This document shows, in pieces, positions 31,008 through 40,958 of a stretch of DNA of 52,031 nt; the first letter of the stretch is position 1, and the number at the start of each line of letters is the position of its first letter. The position numbers were made by a program, and so were the translations under genes. The notes below the pieces were generated by a model. The model was not told where the DNA came from. It ran no database searches and saw only the letters and a list, made by a program, of their open reading frames with translations. Location: sequence record DRR723986_2279, one strand, 5' to 3'.

Positions 31008-32891
31008 TTAAAACTGAACTGTCAATGATGCTTCAACATAATCAGACTTATTAAAAATACCTATTACACCTTGCTCATCTTCACCATCTACGTGGACCCA
31101 CTCAATTCTTGGCCTAACGGAGTCACCGAAAAAGTTAAAGTCCAAGCGAGCTCGATGTTGATAGCCGTCAAAATCAAGATCCCAAATACTTAAACTCTCC
31201 ACTGCTAGCTTTTCATTAAAGAAACCATGGCTCCAAAGCAAAGTTGCATAATTATGGTTTTCAGGAAGCCTTGATCCAGATGCTGAATAAGGTGCTTGAT
31301 AAAATAGTTCCTCCCCATTTTCCGTGTATATATTAAAGAATTGGAATGATGTAAATATTGACTTACGTTGAGAATCCCAACCAGGAATCCAAAGAAAATA
31401 GTCAAAACCTATCATCAACGAGTACTGATCACGGTAAGTCACGGAGTTACTTGGTAGAGCGACAAGTGCTGTAGTCCCTTCTTCTTCAACACCAAAGGAG
31501 TTAATAACAATGGCCTTATTAAATGCCTTGTCATTCTCCTTAGAAAACTCTACCCGCAGTACCGGTGATACATTTCTAGGCCCAAATCCGATTTCTGATA
31601 TATCGCGAATAAAGCTAAAGCCATATATCTCCTGAGTATTAGTGTAATCCAGGTCAAAATTGAGATTAATTGAGCAACTAACCAAACTAGTTACTGGATT
31701 AGCACAGGGGACCGGATCTACTGAAAGATTTCCTCCGAGAAGCGGGCTAATAAGCGGATTGAGTTGCCCCAATAGATCATTTGCACCTGCAGTTGCTCTT
31801 AGAGAATTCAAATATACTCCTTGAGCTAGGGCCTCTGTTTGCTCGGCATTGAAGGACAATACCGTCAACGCTTTGCTGGGATCATTCAAAGAGTTCCCTA
31901 CGATCAAATCCATACCCGTAAGATTTAGAACGGGCAGGTCCTGATAACCCTTAAAGGCAATCAACGCCCAATCTGCACCTAAGGCATTAAATTTAAAGCG
32001 CAGCCCATATTCTCCATCCCGATGAGTGGACTCTTCATCAATGATCTTGTCTGTAAGGTTTACACCAATGAAAGCTAAACCTTTTTGAGACTTGCTATCT
32101 AGCAACTCAGGGAATGGAAGACCCCATAACCCCCCCGAAGTAGCTGAAGAAGGCGTTGGATTATTAACGATAAACTCACTATGCCTAACTTCGTATATCC
32201 CAATCAGTTCAAGTTCAGGTCGATGTATGCCGAAAAACTCAAAAGGAGCAGCAATCCCTAAACGCTCAAAGTCTAAGTCAACCGCAGCCATCCAGGTCGG
32301 AATTCGGATATCTTGAGCATCTCTCATTACAAAACGCTCTCTGAGGTCTTGAGGATTTAGCACATCTATCAATCTAAGCCCATCAGACTGCCCCCACCCA
32401 CGCTGAAACTTACCAATTTTTGCAGCAAAACGCCCATCAATATCAGTATATTTAATAGACAGCTCTCTAATGATTTCATTATCAAAATCATCAAGTTTTT
32501 TAAGTTCGTTTTGCTCGGACCCAAAAGGCTCATCTGGAAATCCGGCCCCAGCTCCGTTAACGTTAAATCCAAATCTGTTCAGATAATTTTTACTCGTATA
32601 GTCCATCAACCCATACTGACGCATATTATCGCCATTATTTGAGTTGGCATCGCCTCTATACCAAAAGCTAGCAGCAACTACGATCGAGTCCGAAGGAAAC
32701 CAGTTAAAATTTGCCTCAGCCAGGTAGCTTTTTGGACCAGATACATTGTCTTCATTATCCAGGTCATACGCTATCGACTCTCCATATTTAACCCGGCCAT
32801 TCAGCGACCAGTTGCTACCGCTAAGGGCGCTTGCATTGGCAGCCATCAACGATAATGAAACACCAACTAGAAAAATTTTATTTTTATTCAC
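31008..32891 (-). CDS. DUF1302-family outer-membrane beta-barrel protein, copy 1
   Basis: Signal peptide; IRELS...GKFQRGWGQSDGLRLIDVLNPQD...RIPTW; C-terminal Phe; GTGA overlap with the MMPL gene. Confidence 0.78.
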   Translation of the reverse strand: MNKNKIFLVGVSLSLMAANASALSGSNWSLNGRVKYGESIAYDLDNEDNVSGPKSYLAEANFNWFPSDSIVVAASFWYRGDANSNNGDNMRQYGLMDYTSKNYLNRFGFNVNGAGAGFPDEPFGSEQNELKKLDDFDNEIIRELSIKYTDIDGRFAAKIGKFQRGWGQSDGLRLIDVLNPQDLRERFVMRDAQDIRIPTWMAAVDLDFERLGIAAPFEFFGIHRPELELIGIYEVRHSEFIVNNPTPSSATSGGLWGLPFPELLDSKSQKGLAFIGVNLTDKIIDEESTHRDGEYGLRFKFNALGADWALIAFKGYQDLPVLNLTGMDLIVGNSLNDPSKALTVLSFNAEQTEALAQGVYLNSLRATAGANDLLGQLNPLISPLLGGNLSVDPVPCANPVTSLVSCSINLNFDLDYTNTQEIYGFSFIRDISEIGFGPRNVSPVLRVEFSKENDKAFNKAIVINSFGVEEEGTTALVALPSNSVTYRDQYSLMIGFDYFLWIPGWDSQRKSIFTSFQFFNIYTENGEELFYQAPYSASGSRLPENHNYATLLWSHGFFNEKLAVESLSIWDLDFDGYQHRARLDFNFFGDSVRPRIEWVHVDGEDEQGVIGIFNKSDYVEASLTVQF

Positions 32892-35233
32892 TTACTCATC
32901 CCCTTTACGAAATTTTCCGAATTCAAACAATCTTCTTTTTTTTCAAAAAACCTCCTTGGCTTAAATTCCAGAAGCAGTGCTGGCACAAAAATCAAAGCAC
33001 CAACCATATTTAGGAACAACACAAGCCCCAACAACAGACCCATTTCAGCTTGGAATTTCATTTCCGAAAGGAAGAACCATGGGGTTAGCGGAATAATCAT
33101 TGTAATAGCCGTTAAAAACACAGCATTACCGGATGTAGCAATCGCCTTACTGATAGCACCATAAGGAGAAAGTCCCTCATGAACCTCTTCTTTTATCCTA
33201 TCTAGTACATAAATAGAGAAATCCACACCCATGCCAATACCTAATGCTGCAAGAGGCAAAGTGTTAATACTCAAACCGATTCCCTTATATGCCATAAACG
33301 CATAAGTTAGGAAGTTAGATACAGCCAAGCTAAGAACTACGATAATGCTGATGCTCGCAGACCTATAGAGAATTGATACGCAAACAATAATCACCAATGT
33401 AATAATAGACATTACCTTATAGTTGGAATTTTTAATCTCACGATTAATAGATTCAGCTAAGCCTATTTGCCCACCAGTGAATTCGAAATTATTCGAATAA
33501 CTCCCCGCTGGAAGAGAATCAAAGTATGAGCTAACAGCACCTATAGCATCTTCAACGGTTCGAGAAGAGTGGTCTTTAAGTGGGTATGAAACGCTACCTA
33601 TTTCCCAATCTTTATTGGTATAGGCCGCAAAATCTCCGGGCTCCCCTTTAGATCTAAACAAGTAAATATTAAATGCTACAGCTTGCTCATTATCTGGAAC
33701 AAATTCATAACTTGGATCTCCTTCGTACAAAACTTTATTAACATTTTTTATAATAGGAACCAGGCTTTGCGAAGATGTAGAAGATTCAACATTTTCATAT
33801 ATGTATCTGTTCAAGCCTTCGATAGTTTCATATGTTTTAGGATCTAGCATGGTTTTTTCGTCGCCATTGATAAAAACCTGCATCAGATCTGTACCAACAC
33901 CGCTGAAAAGGGAGTTTATATTCTGCGTATTTTTGTTGAAATCGTGATCTTCCCAGAAAATTGGACTGCCTGTTTTATCCCCTATCGTCAAACTCCCCGC
34001 ACCGTAAATACCCATAACGAGAAATACCAGACCAACGAAAACAACCCCTCTGTAGTTATCTTCAAGATTTATTCTTTTCCAGAAGGCTGATAGCGATTTA
34101 ATTCCTGTCCGAAGTTTTTTGGGTTTATCAAAAAATGAAACCAACGATGCGCAAAATATGATGGCAGGGAAAATTGCTAGCAGCCAAACAGTACAAATCG
34201 TAGCCAACGCTTGAATACTAGGAATTCCAACTAGCACCAATACCGTGAATCCGGCAGCATCTGTTGTAATAGCACCAACACTTGGGAAGAGGATTTTTCT
34301 TAAACTAGTCTCTACACACTCACGCCGCTCCAGTCCTTTATCATAGTAATCAAAAACCCGTGTGATAAATTGAACGCAATGAGATAGAACAATAGCGAAT
34401 ATGAATGCAGGCAGTAATATCAGGAGAGGGTCAAGGTTATACTTTTTAACACCCATAAACCCAAGACCCCATACCGTAGCTGAACAAGCAACTGCCAGTG
34501 GAGCCAGAACGCCTACGAATGAATTAAAGTACAACCATAGAATCCCACTAATAAGCAACAACGAAAGACCTAAAATAAGCACAGTCTCGTCTAGATTCTG
34601 ATAGATATAACCCATTAATACAGGTCGGCCAGAAAATGACATTTCAATATCATTTAAATCAAGCTCACTTTTAATTTTTATAAGCTCATTCAAAAGTCCT
34701 TCATAATCTATATTATCGTCGAAATCTGCAACAATCAGCGACGCTGTTTCATCATCAGAAACCAACAATCCTCTATATTGATTTCTAACATTATGTTTGA
34801 ACTCCTCCATCTCCTCAGGTCCCTGAGGTACGTTAGGCCACATCAGAGCATTTATTTCAATTCGCCCTGCTGCACCTGCTATTGATTTAGTTTTTCTTAA
34901 TGCCAGGCTTTGAATAAGATGCCTTTTCGCACCAGCATAAAAATAAATCTTTTCGGAAGTTTCTGCGTATTTTTTTAGATAGTCCTCTGAATAAATATTT
35001 CCATTTCTATTCCTCAGAGATATCAAGGTAGTGTTAGCCCCACCAAACTGCGCACCATATTTCTGAATGAGTTTTACATTTTCAGAGCTAGCCGGCAGCA
35101 TTTCTTCCAATACCACCCTAATAGATAATCCATTTATTGCGAAATAGAGCATTGCAATTGTAGCAATCATGAAACCAATAAATATTTTTCGGGGATTTGA
35201 CGCTACGTACTTCGAAAGGCTTGAAGACTTCAT
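32888..35233 (-). CDS. RND-superfamily / MMPL inner-membrane transporter, copy 1
   Basis: Two repeats of TM + periplasmic domain + TM bundle; FGGAN, GIGMGVDFSIY..DRI.EE. Confidence 0.88.
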   Translation of the reverse strand: MKSSSLSKYVASNPRKIFIGFMIATIAMLYFAINGLSIRVVLEEMLPASSENVKLIQKYGAQFGGANTTLISLRNRNGNIYSEDYLKKYAETSEKIYFYAGAKRHLIQSLALRKTKSIAGAAGRIEINALMWPNVPQGPEEMEEFKHNVRNQYRGLLVSDDETASLIVADFDDNIDYEGLLNELIKIKSELDLNDIEMSFSGRPVLMGYIYQNLDETVLILGLSLLLISGILWLYFNSFVGVLAPLAVACSATVWGLGFMGVKKYNLDPLLILLPAFIFAIVLSHCVQFITRVFDYYDKGLERRECVETSLRKILFPSVGAITTDAAGFTVLVLVGIPSIQALATICTVWLLAIFPAIIFCASLVSFFDKPKKLRTGIKSLSAFWKRINLEDNYRGVVFVGLVFLVMGIYGAGSLTIGDKTGSPIFWEDHDFNKNTQNINSLFSGVGTDLMQVFINGDEKTMLDPKTYETIEGLNRYIYENVESSTSSQSLVPIIKNVNKVLYEGDPSYEFVPDNEQAVAFNIYLFRSKGEPGDFAAYTNKDWEIGSVSYPLKDHSSRTVEDAIGAVSSYFDSLPAGSYSNNFEFTGGQIGLAESINREIKNSNYKVMSIITLVIIVCVSILYRSASISIIVVLSLAVSNFLTYAFMAYKGIGLSINTLPLAALGIGMGVDFSIYVLDRIKEEVHEGLSPYGAISKAIATSGNAVFLTAITMIIPLTPWFFLSEMKFQAEMGLLLGLVLFLNMVGALIFVPALLLEFKPRRFFEKKEDCLNSENFVKGMSK

Positions 35234-35251
35234 TTAAACTCCCCCCAGGAG

Positions 35252-36286
35252 TTAATTAATATCTTTAAAATTATTGTAACTGTTTGGAAAATTACTACTT
35301 TTTCCCGCCAACATACTCCCAGCTCTCCCTACTGCGAATATATTTCCATTAAAAACTTGAACTCCGTAAAGCCAGGAATATCGGCTATCAAAGTTTTTAT
35401 CCACATAAACAAGATACTTTTTATTCTTATTAGAAAGCCTCAGAATAATTGAGTCCCCAACAACAATTACATCTTTTCCATCAAAATCAACATCAAACAA
35501 GTGTTGATCACTGAATTTACTGATTTTTTTAACAACGACATTCCCATCATTTAATATGATCTGACGAATAATCCCATCCAATCCAACAGCTATAGCAAAA
35601 CTACATCCATCGCATCCCTTAACTGCTGTAAATGTGTTCTCGTCATCGCTATTTATACTTATCCAATCTTCGCCATCTTCGCTGTATATAAGCGCTCCAA
35701 ATTCACCAACAGCAATAAAACCAGTCCCAAGTTTAGAAACTCCGTTTAAAGTAGGTATATCTCTACCTGGATATCCGACGATATCTTTTTTTCCCCACGT
35801 CTCACCATAATCATGGGAAATATAAATTCCGCCATTTTTTCCAACAACCACCAAGTTATTACCGCCATATGAATACACATCTCTCAGATAGCCAGTATCC
35901 ACTTGATATATTTTTTTATAAGTTCCAGTTTTAGGATATATTTTGTATATGCCACCTTTGTGTCCTACAGCGACAGCAACCCCGTCTTCATTAACAGCCA
36001 CCCGTCGTAAAAGCTCATTACTATCTACTTTTATTCTTCTCCAGGAATTTCCGTTGTTATTACTGTGAAATACTGCCGAATGATAACCAACAGCCACTAG
36101 ATCTGACCCAGAATTTGCCCCTATACCATACATATTATCGGGCATGTTCCTTGTTTTACTTGGAACCAAACCGTCGCCATCTTTAGAAATATAATTTCCA
36201 GAAAGCAACAGCACACACAGGGTCAAACCAAAGATCTGCCATCTCTTACTTAAAATTGAACTAATTATTTTCATTATTATTTCCAT
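35252..36286 (-). CDS. YCF48-like BNR/Asp-box beta-propeller protein, copy 1
   Basis: Repeated AVG..G.I..S.D.G.TW motifs; N-terminal hydrophobic anchor; start may be 36274. Confidence 0.82.
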   Translation of the reverse strand: MEIIMKIISSILSKRWQIFGLTLCVLLLSGNYISKDGDGLVPSKTRNMPDNMYGIGANSGSDLVAVGYHSAVFHSNNNGNSWRRIKVDSNELLRRVAVNEDGVAVAVGHKGGIYKIYPKTGTYKKIYQVDTGYLRDVYSYGGNNLVVVGKNGGIYISHDYGETWGKKDIVGYPGRDIPTLNGVSKLGTGFIAVGEFGALIYSEDGEDWISINSDDENTFTAVKGCDGCSFAIAVGLDGIIRQIILNDGNVVVKKISKFSDQHLFDVDFDGKDVIVVGDSIILRLSNKNKKYLVYVDKNFDSRYSWLYGVQVFNGNIFAVGRAGSMLAGKSSNFPNSYNNFKDIN

Positions 36287-36300
36287 AACATGAGCCTTAA

Positions 36301-37281
36301 CTAGAAAAATCTATCAAAATGCAACTGATCGAAAGGTACAGATTTCTCCAACATCAGTAGTTTTTGCACAGCTGACGTCATCAAGGGAGGCCCACAAAAG
36401 TAGTATTCCTTCCCTAAATAGTCAGTAATATGTTTTTGAACCACATCATGAATAAATCCGCGCTCGCCACTCCATTTTTCGTCGGCCTCTGACACTGCGG
36501 GGATAAAGTTAAAATTCTCGATTCCAGATGTGATATTTGACAGGTAGGATAAATTTATTTCTTCGCTTGATCTGACGCCGTAGAAGAAATCTATACTAGA
36601 TACATCTTTTCCTTGTATATATTTTAGTATTGATACTATGGGGGAAAGCCCCGCACCGCCCGCTATTAATACCAACCCCTTATCCGATTCTTTATAATAG
36701 GAATTCCCATATGGACCATCTAAAACAATATCTCTTAAATTCAGCTTTCGATCAAAGAGATGCTCTGAAACCAATCCCCCAGGCTTTTTTTTAATTATAA
36801 AACTAATTTTATTTTCATCACTTTGAATAGAAGATACCGAATAAGCCCGCTCCCCGACCCCTGGTATATCTAGCATGTAATACTGTCCTGCCTTGTAGGA
36901 AGCAGGCCTATCAATAGAAAAAATGAACTCAGCGACATCTTCGCTTATATCAACAACCCCAAAAATACTCGCACTGCATCTCTCCGGCGGAATAATTTCC
37001 TTCGGATTAGAATTTATATCTTTTTCAATTTTTATATCTGTGGTCGGAATAGACTGACAGGCTAAATAGTTACCTTTCCTTATATCCCTGCCTGACAAAC
37101 CACTAAATTCACCTTCTTTCCTAATGAGTTCGCCTTCAATCAATTTCACTTTACACAAACCACACCCCCCGGAATTACATTCGTAATCCAAGGGGATAGA
37201 TCGCCTAAGCGCTGACCGTAAAACCGTGTCGCCCTCATCACAGACGTAAGTGATATTATTATTAATTTCTATGTTAGGCAT
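36301..37281 (-). CDS. tmoF: Toluene monooxygenase NADH:ferredoxin oxidoreductase
   Basis: YECNSGGCGLC, RAYSVS, GGAGLSP, YFCGPP, HFDRFF. Confidence 0.9.
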   Translation of the reverse strand: MPNIEINNNITYVCDEGDTVLRSALRRSIPLDYECNSGGCGLCKVKLIEGELIRKEGEFSGLSGRDIRKGNYLACQSIPTTDIKIEKDINSNPKEIIPPERCSASIFGVVDISEDVAEFIFSIDRPASYKAGQYYMLDIPGVGERAYSVSSIQSDENKISFIIKKKPGGLVSEHLFDRKLNLRDIVLDGPYGNSYYKESDKGLVLIAGGAGLSPIVSILKYIQGKDVSSIDFFYGVRSSEEINLSYLSNITSGIENFNFIPAVSEADEKWSGERGFIHDVVQKHITDYLGKEYYFCGPPLMTSAVQKLLMLEKSVPFDQLHFDRFF

Positions 37282-37282
37282 T

Positions 37283-38275
37283 TCACGACCCTCTATTTGT
37301 CACAGAGTCCATTAGATTTTCGTATTTAGATATAATTTCATCCTTATTGAATGAGCTAGACTCAAATCCGTCTAGGTAAGCCAAAATAGCGTCCTTACCT
37401 AGAGGCTTCCATTTATCTGTCCATTCATCTATGGGACCAACGCCCCCCCCATTAGAAGATTTATAAAATTCAGTTAACTTTCTTGCCCATTTAATGTGTC
37501 GTTCCACATCCTTAATCTGGGAATCAATGACAAGCGAAAGAAGTAAATCGTTGTTATTTTTTGACTCTTCAGAAAGCGGCTTTAGAACACCTTCCATAAC
37601 TGCAGGAATAATTACGCCTGAAAGAGATACAAAACACTCGCCCCAATCATAAGTAATTAAATTCTTTTCAATTAACTTTCTAAATCCTTGGTAATATTCA
37701 GATTTTTCCCAAGCCTCCCTTTCACATGAATTGAAATTTATGTCGGGATGATTTTGAGAAAGCTCGTATGTGCGATAAGCCGTATGCGTAGTAAACCTCA
37801 GATAATCCGATGTTTGAAAGGTAGCGCAGTTTGTAATGGTGCTGGCAGGCGCCATTTGTGCTAAGTATGAAGATGACATCTGCACCCCATGGTAGAGATA
37901 TCTGAGGGGAGTGTAGATTTTTGCTAGTAGGCTTACCCACTCTTTTTCAATTTGGAAATCATGACCTCTCTCGCTGAATTGATCAAAAAGGCTGAATACA
38001 TGACTTTCTTGACCATCCTGCATAAGGTTATATGTGCGATAGACGAGCTGATCTGGGTCAGAAAAATCATCCCAATTCTCTGCTTTAAGCTTTGAATTAT
38101 TACGGTAATTTTTGTACCAGCTATTCATAGGCGAACTTGGTGAAAGCTCCCAAGGCGCATCTTTATTGTTAGTACTGTAATGAAGTTTTTTTGTAACCAC
38201 ATCGTATTCACTCGGCTTCTTTCTATTACCCGAGAGGTGGCTCCATGTTTTCAATGTTTTTTGATGTTGTTCCAT
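37283..38275 (-). CDS. tmoE: Toluene monooxygenase hydroxylase beta subunit
   Basis: LKTWSHLS..RKKPSEY, DPDQLVYRTYNLMQDGQE, YDWGE. Confidence 0.92.
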   Translation of the reverse strand: MEQHQKTLKTWSHLSGNRKKPSEYDVVTKKLHYSTNNKDAPWELSPSSPMNSWYKNYRNNSKLKAENWDDFSDPDQLVYRTYNLMQDGQESHVFSLFDQFSERGHDFQIEKEWVSLLAKIYTPLRYLYHGVQMSSSYLAQMAPASTITNCATFQTSDYLRFTTHTAYRTYELSQNHPDINFNSCEREAWEKSEYYQGFRKLIEKNLITYDWGECFVSLSGVIIPAVMEGVLKPLSEESKNNNDLLLSLVIDSQIKDVERHIKWARKLTEFYKSSNGGGVGPIDEWTDKWKPLGKDAILAYLDGFESSSFNKDEIISKYENLMDSVTNRGS

Positions 38276-38290
38276 TATTTTCACCTTAAA

Positions 38291-38608
38291 TCACAAAGAA
38301 CTTACATAATAGAATCGTGCTTTTTCGGACGACATTTCTATTCGCCCAGCAAACGAAGCTAAATTTACTTCCAACTCGTTCATGTTAAATGGACGACCGA
38401 GTTCCTCCTCAATTGTCTTCCGGTAAAGCACCAATTCTGATTCGGTATAAATCCGAACATATGCGATTTTGTCTTCAACGGTGATTATTTTATCTACGTT
38501 ATCTATTGCTGCCGCTTCTGCGACAGCGGAAGCGAGTTCCCCAGCCCTCATAATTGGCCCAACATTGTTATTGTTAAGTGCTTCCTCAGCGGTTTTATTT
38601 TTATTCAT
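38291..38608 (-). CDS. tmoD: Toluene monooxygenase effector protein
   Basis: [35 protein letters not shown]. Confidence 0.92.
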   Translation of the reverse strand: MNKNKTAEEALNNNNVGPIMRAGELASAVAEAAAIDNVDKIITVEDKIAYVRIYTESELVLYRKTIEEELGRPFNMNELEVNLASFAGRIEMSSEKARFYYVSSL

Positions 38609-38618
38609 TTTTTTAACC

Positions 38619-38957
38619 TTATTTAGCAGCCATGTAAGGTTCGACTCCATCTATATCCACGTAGATGTTGTCGTCTATAATTTTTGTTGGATATTCAGCC
38701 AAATGACAATCTTTAGGATTAACTCCTTCGCCGGTATCACATTTAAAACTCCACAAATGTGCCCTGCAAATTATCAACCCATCCTCATAAGAACCTTCTG
38801 ATAGAAGAATTTTTTGATGAGGGCACATTGCCTGAAATGCCTTAACCCCCCCATCTTCTACCCCAACAACTAGTATTTCTGTTCCATTAGATGTTTCAAA
38901 GGTATCCATTTCGCCTTCCCAAACATCGTCTAAGCTCGCAATTTTTTCGTAAGCCAT
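38619..38957 (-). CDS. tmoC: Toluene monooxygenase Rieske ferredoxin
   Basis: QAMCPHQ...CRAHLW.F. Confidence 0.93.
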   Translation of the reverse strand: MAYEKIASLDDVWEGEMDTFETSNGTEILVVGVEDGGVKAFQAMCPHQKILLSEGSYEDGLIICRAHLWSFKCDTGEGVNPKDCHLAEYPTKIIDDNIYVDIDGVEPYMAAK

Positions 38958-38961
38958 ATAC

Positions 38962-39216
38962 TTATCCGTCGTAAACAATATCAAGAACTTCTGTAGGTTT
39001 AATCCCACTTTCCGCCACTGTGATATCTCTAGGGAATAGAGTTTTATCTTTATGCTTTCTTACTCTAAGAACCCCGGACCGCTCCTTTACTCGCCGCCCT
39101 AACGAATGATAAGCACACTTCTTTGCAACTTCGTCCATAGTGTCTTCAGTATCAACAGCAACAAGCTGCACTACGAAATCACCCTGAAAATTCGAGTGGA
39201 TAGGAAACATAGACAT
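38962..39216 (-). CDS. tmoB: Toluene monooxygenase hydroxylase gamma subunit
   Basis: FP...[18 protein letters not shown]...AYH...RRV. Confidence 0.92.
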   Translation of the reverse strand: MSMFPIHSNFQGDFVVQLVAVDTEDTMDEVAKKCAYHSLGRRVKERSGVLRVRKHKDKTLFPRDITVAESGIKPTEVLDIVYDG

Positions 39217-39235
39217 CTACTTCTCCTTATTATAA

Positions 39236-40741
39236 TTAAATTGCATTTTTTAATTTTTCTTTGAACTCATTTACCCATTCATAGTTATGGGCATCTTTAC
39301 CAATTTCGGCGTCGCCTTCAAAACCCATATACTTCAAAGCGCCTTCAAGATTCATTGGCTGAATATCCCCACTTAAAAACCTGTCAATCACACTTTTATG
39401 ATCTGCATATTGCTCTGGATATTCTTCAAAAATCCATTTATCCACTTCGTTAGAAAAATGATACAGTCGGCCATTCTTCTCTACGCTGTATACACTCATA
39501 TCCCAATGTTCGTGCCCAGGGATTCCACAAACCGGCAACTGATTCATGTTATCTACGAGCGGGAGGGTTTCAGGCAAAGTTAGGCCCTCCTTACCCTCAA
39601 GGAGATTTGACGTAATTACATCCCAGCACTCCCCCCATCGTTCATTCCAACCAGGGTATTTTTCTTCCAGCCACTCCCTTTCCTCAGGCGTAACGCCAGC
39701 AGCAGGATTCCACCATACTGTTGGACGCCAATACCAAACTCCTAAGTGATACCCGTGATGGCAGGTATCCAGCTCTTCAATGAACTTGTCCCAGTACCAA
39801 GGTTTATCCAAACCAAGGTCGATTAATGAGCGCTCAAACTGCCCTACAATCCACTCAAGCATGAATTCCTTGAACGACATATTCCGATGCTCAATAGGCG
39901 TGTAGTAATCCATCATCGGGCCTGTTAAGACTGCAAACAGGCGCCAAGACCTCCAGATCGCAACATCTACCTTTTTTTGCGCTTCTTCTTTCTTTCCATT
40001 TTTTACAAGAATTTCCAAGATAGGAGCGCCTTGCTGAGCGTGACGGGACTCATCTGTTTGGATACTTGAAATTAAGCTTGAGAACGTATAATCGCCGGCC
40101 TCAGCCGCATCTGCGGCCAAGCCAAGAAATTGCATATTGGTAAACCCACTTTCAAAACTGAAAGTAAGCATGATTGCGACACTCATTGCGTCCCGGCCAG
40201 CGATGATGTCATCGAAAAGCGATCTAGCCGCTATTGCAGCCCATTCATTCTGATGGTAAGCCTTCCAGGCCCAGTCAAATTGACGGTCTTTTTTGCAGTG
40301 TTCATGCGGAAAAAATAGCTGGAGTTGAGCATGCCTTGTTTCATCCAGCATACCAAATACAGCCATGTTCCTATTTCCAGGTGCCTTGGAAAAACGCGCC
40401 ATACGAGCCTCACCTGTCACAGCGGTGTATTCACCTACAGCGATTGCTCCATAGTGCGCCTTAAGAACACTCACCCAGCCTGGATCAGAGTTTTCTACAA
40501 TACTCGCTCTTTCCAATGCCGCTTTAATTGAGTAAGCCCCAGCATCTTTTTCACGCTGTACTTTTACATATTCGGGGAAGGATATTTTATATGGCTCGTC
40601 AAATTGTTCCCAAGCCGCCATAGATATCCCTTGGCTACCCGACATACTCTCCGGATACAACTCTTCTTCACTTACATATTTTGGCGTCCAGTTAACATCT
40701 CTAACGATGTCATACCATTTTTCTCTAGCGTGTATAGCCAT
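39236..40741 (-). CDS. tmoA: Toluene monooxygenase hydroxylase alpha (diiron) subunit, T4MO-like
   Basis: QREKDAGAYS, YGAIAVGEY, DETRH, FESGFTNMQF, DESRH; alternative start 40747. Confidence 0.95.
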   Translation of the reverse strand: MAIHAREKWYDIVRDVNWTPKYVSEEELYPESMSGSQGISMAAWEQFDEPYKISFPEYVKVQREKDAGAYSIKAALERASIVENSDPGWVSVLKAHYGAIAVGEYTAVTGEARMARFSKAPGNRNMAVFGMLDETRHAQLQLFFPHEHCKKDRQFDWAWKAYHQNEWAAIAARSLFDDIIAGRDAMSVAIMLTFSFESGFTNMQFLGLAADAAEAGDYTFSSLISSIQTDESRHAQQGAPILEILVKNGKKEEAQKKVDVAIWRSWRLFAVLTGPMMDYYTPIEHRNMSFKEFMLEWIVGQFERSLIDLGLDKPWYWDKFIEELDTCHHGYHLGVWYWRPTVWWNPAAGVTPEEREWLEEKYPGWNERWGECWDVITSNLLEGKEGLTLPETLPLVDNMNQLPVCGIPGHEHWDMSVYSVEKNGRLYHFSNEVDKWIFEEYPEQYADHKSVIDRFLSGDIQPMNLEGALKYMGFEGDAEIGKDAHNYEWVNEFKEKLKNAI

Positions 40742-40782
40742 TTTCATTCACCTATTATCTTTAAAATAATGCATCTCTACAA

Positions 40783-40799
40783 AGCACGCATCGTGCCAA
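40783..40799 (-). promoter_or_regulatory. Sigma54 promoter of the tmo operon
   Basis: Minus strand TTGGCACGATGCGTGCT; IHF-like 40816-40828; UAS-like TTTACCATATGATCAC 40853-40868. Confidence 0.8.
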
Positions 40800-40958
40800 C
40801 AAAAAAACCCATGCTTTTCAATTAGTTACACTCCTATCACGACGACAAAACATTTACCATATGATCACCAACATTGTTTTTTTATTATTTCATCACTGCT
40901 TTTCTGAAAAATCTAAATCAAAAAACACTTAGCTTGGAAGGAAGCTAAAAAATTATAT

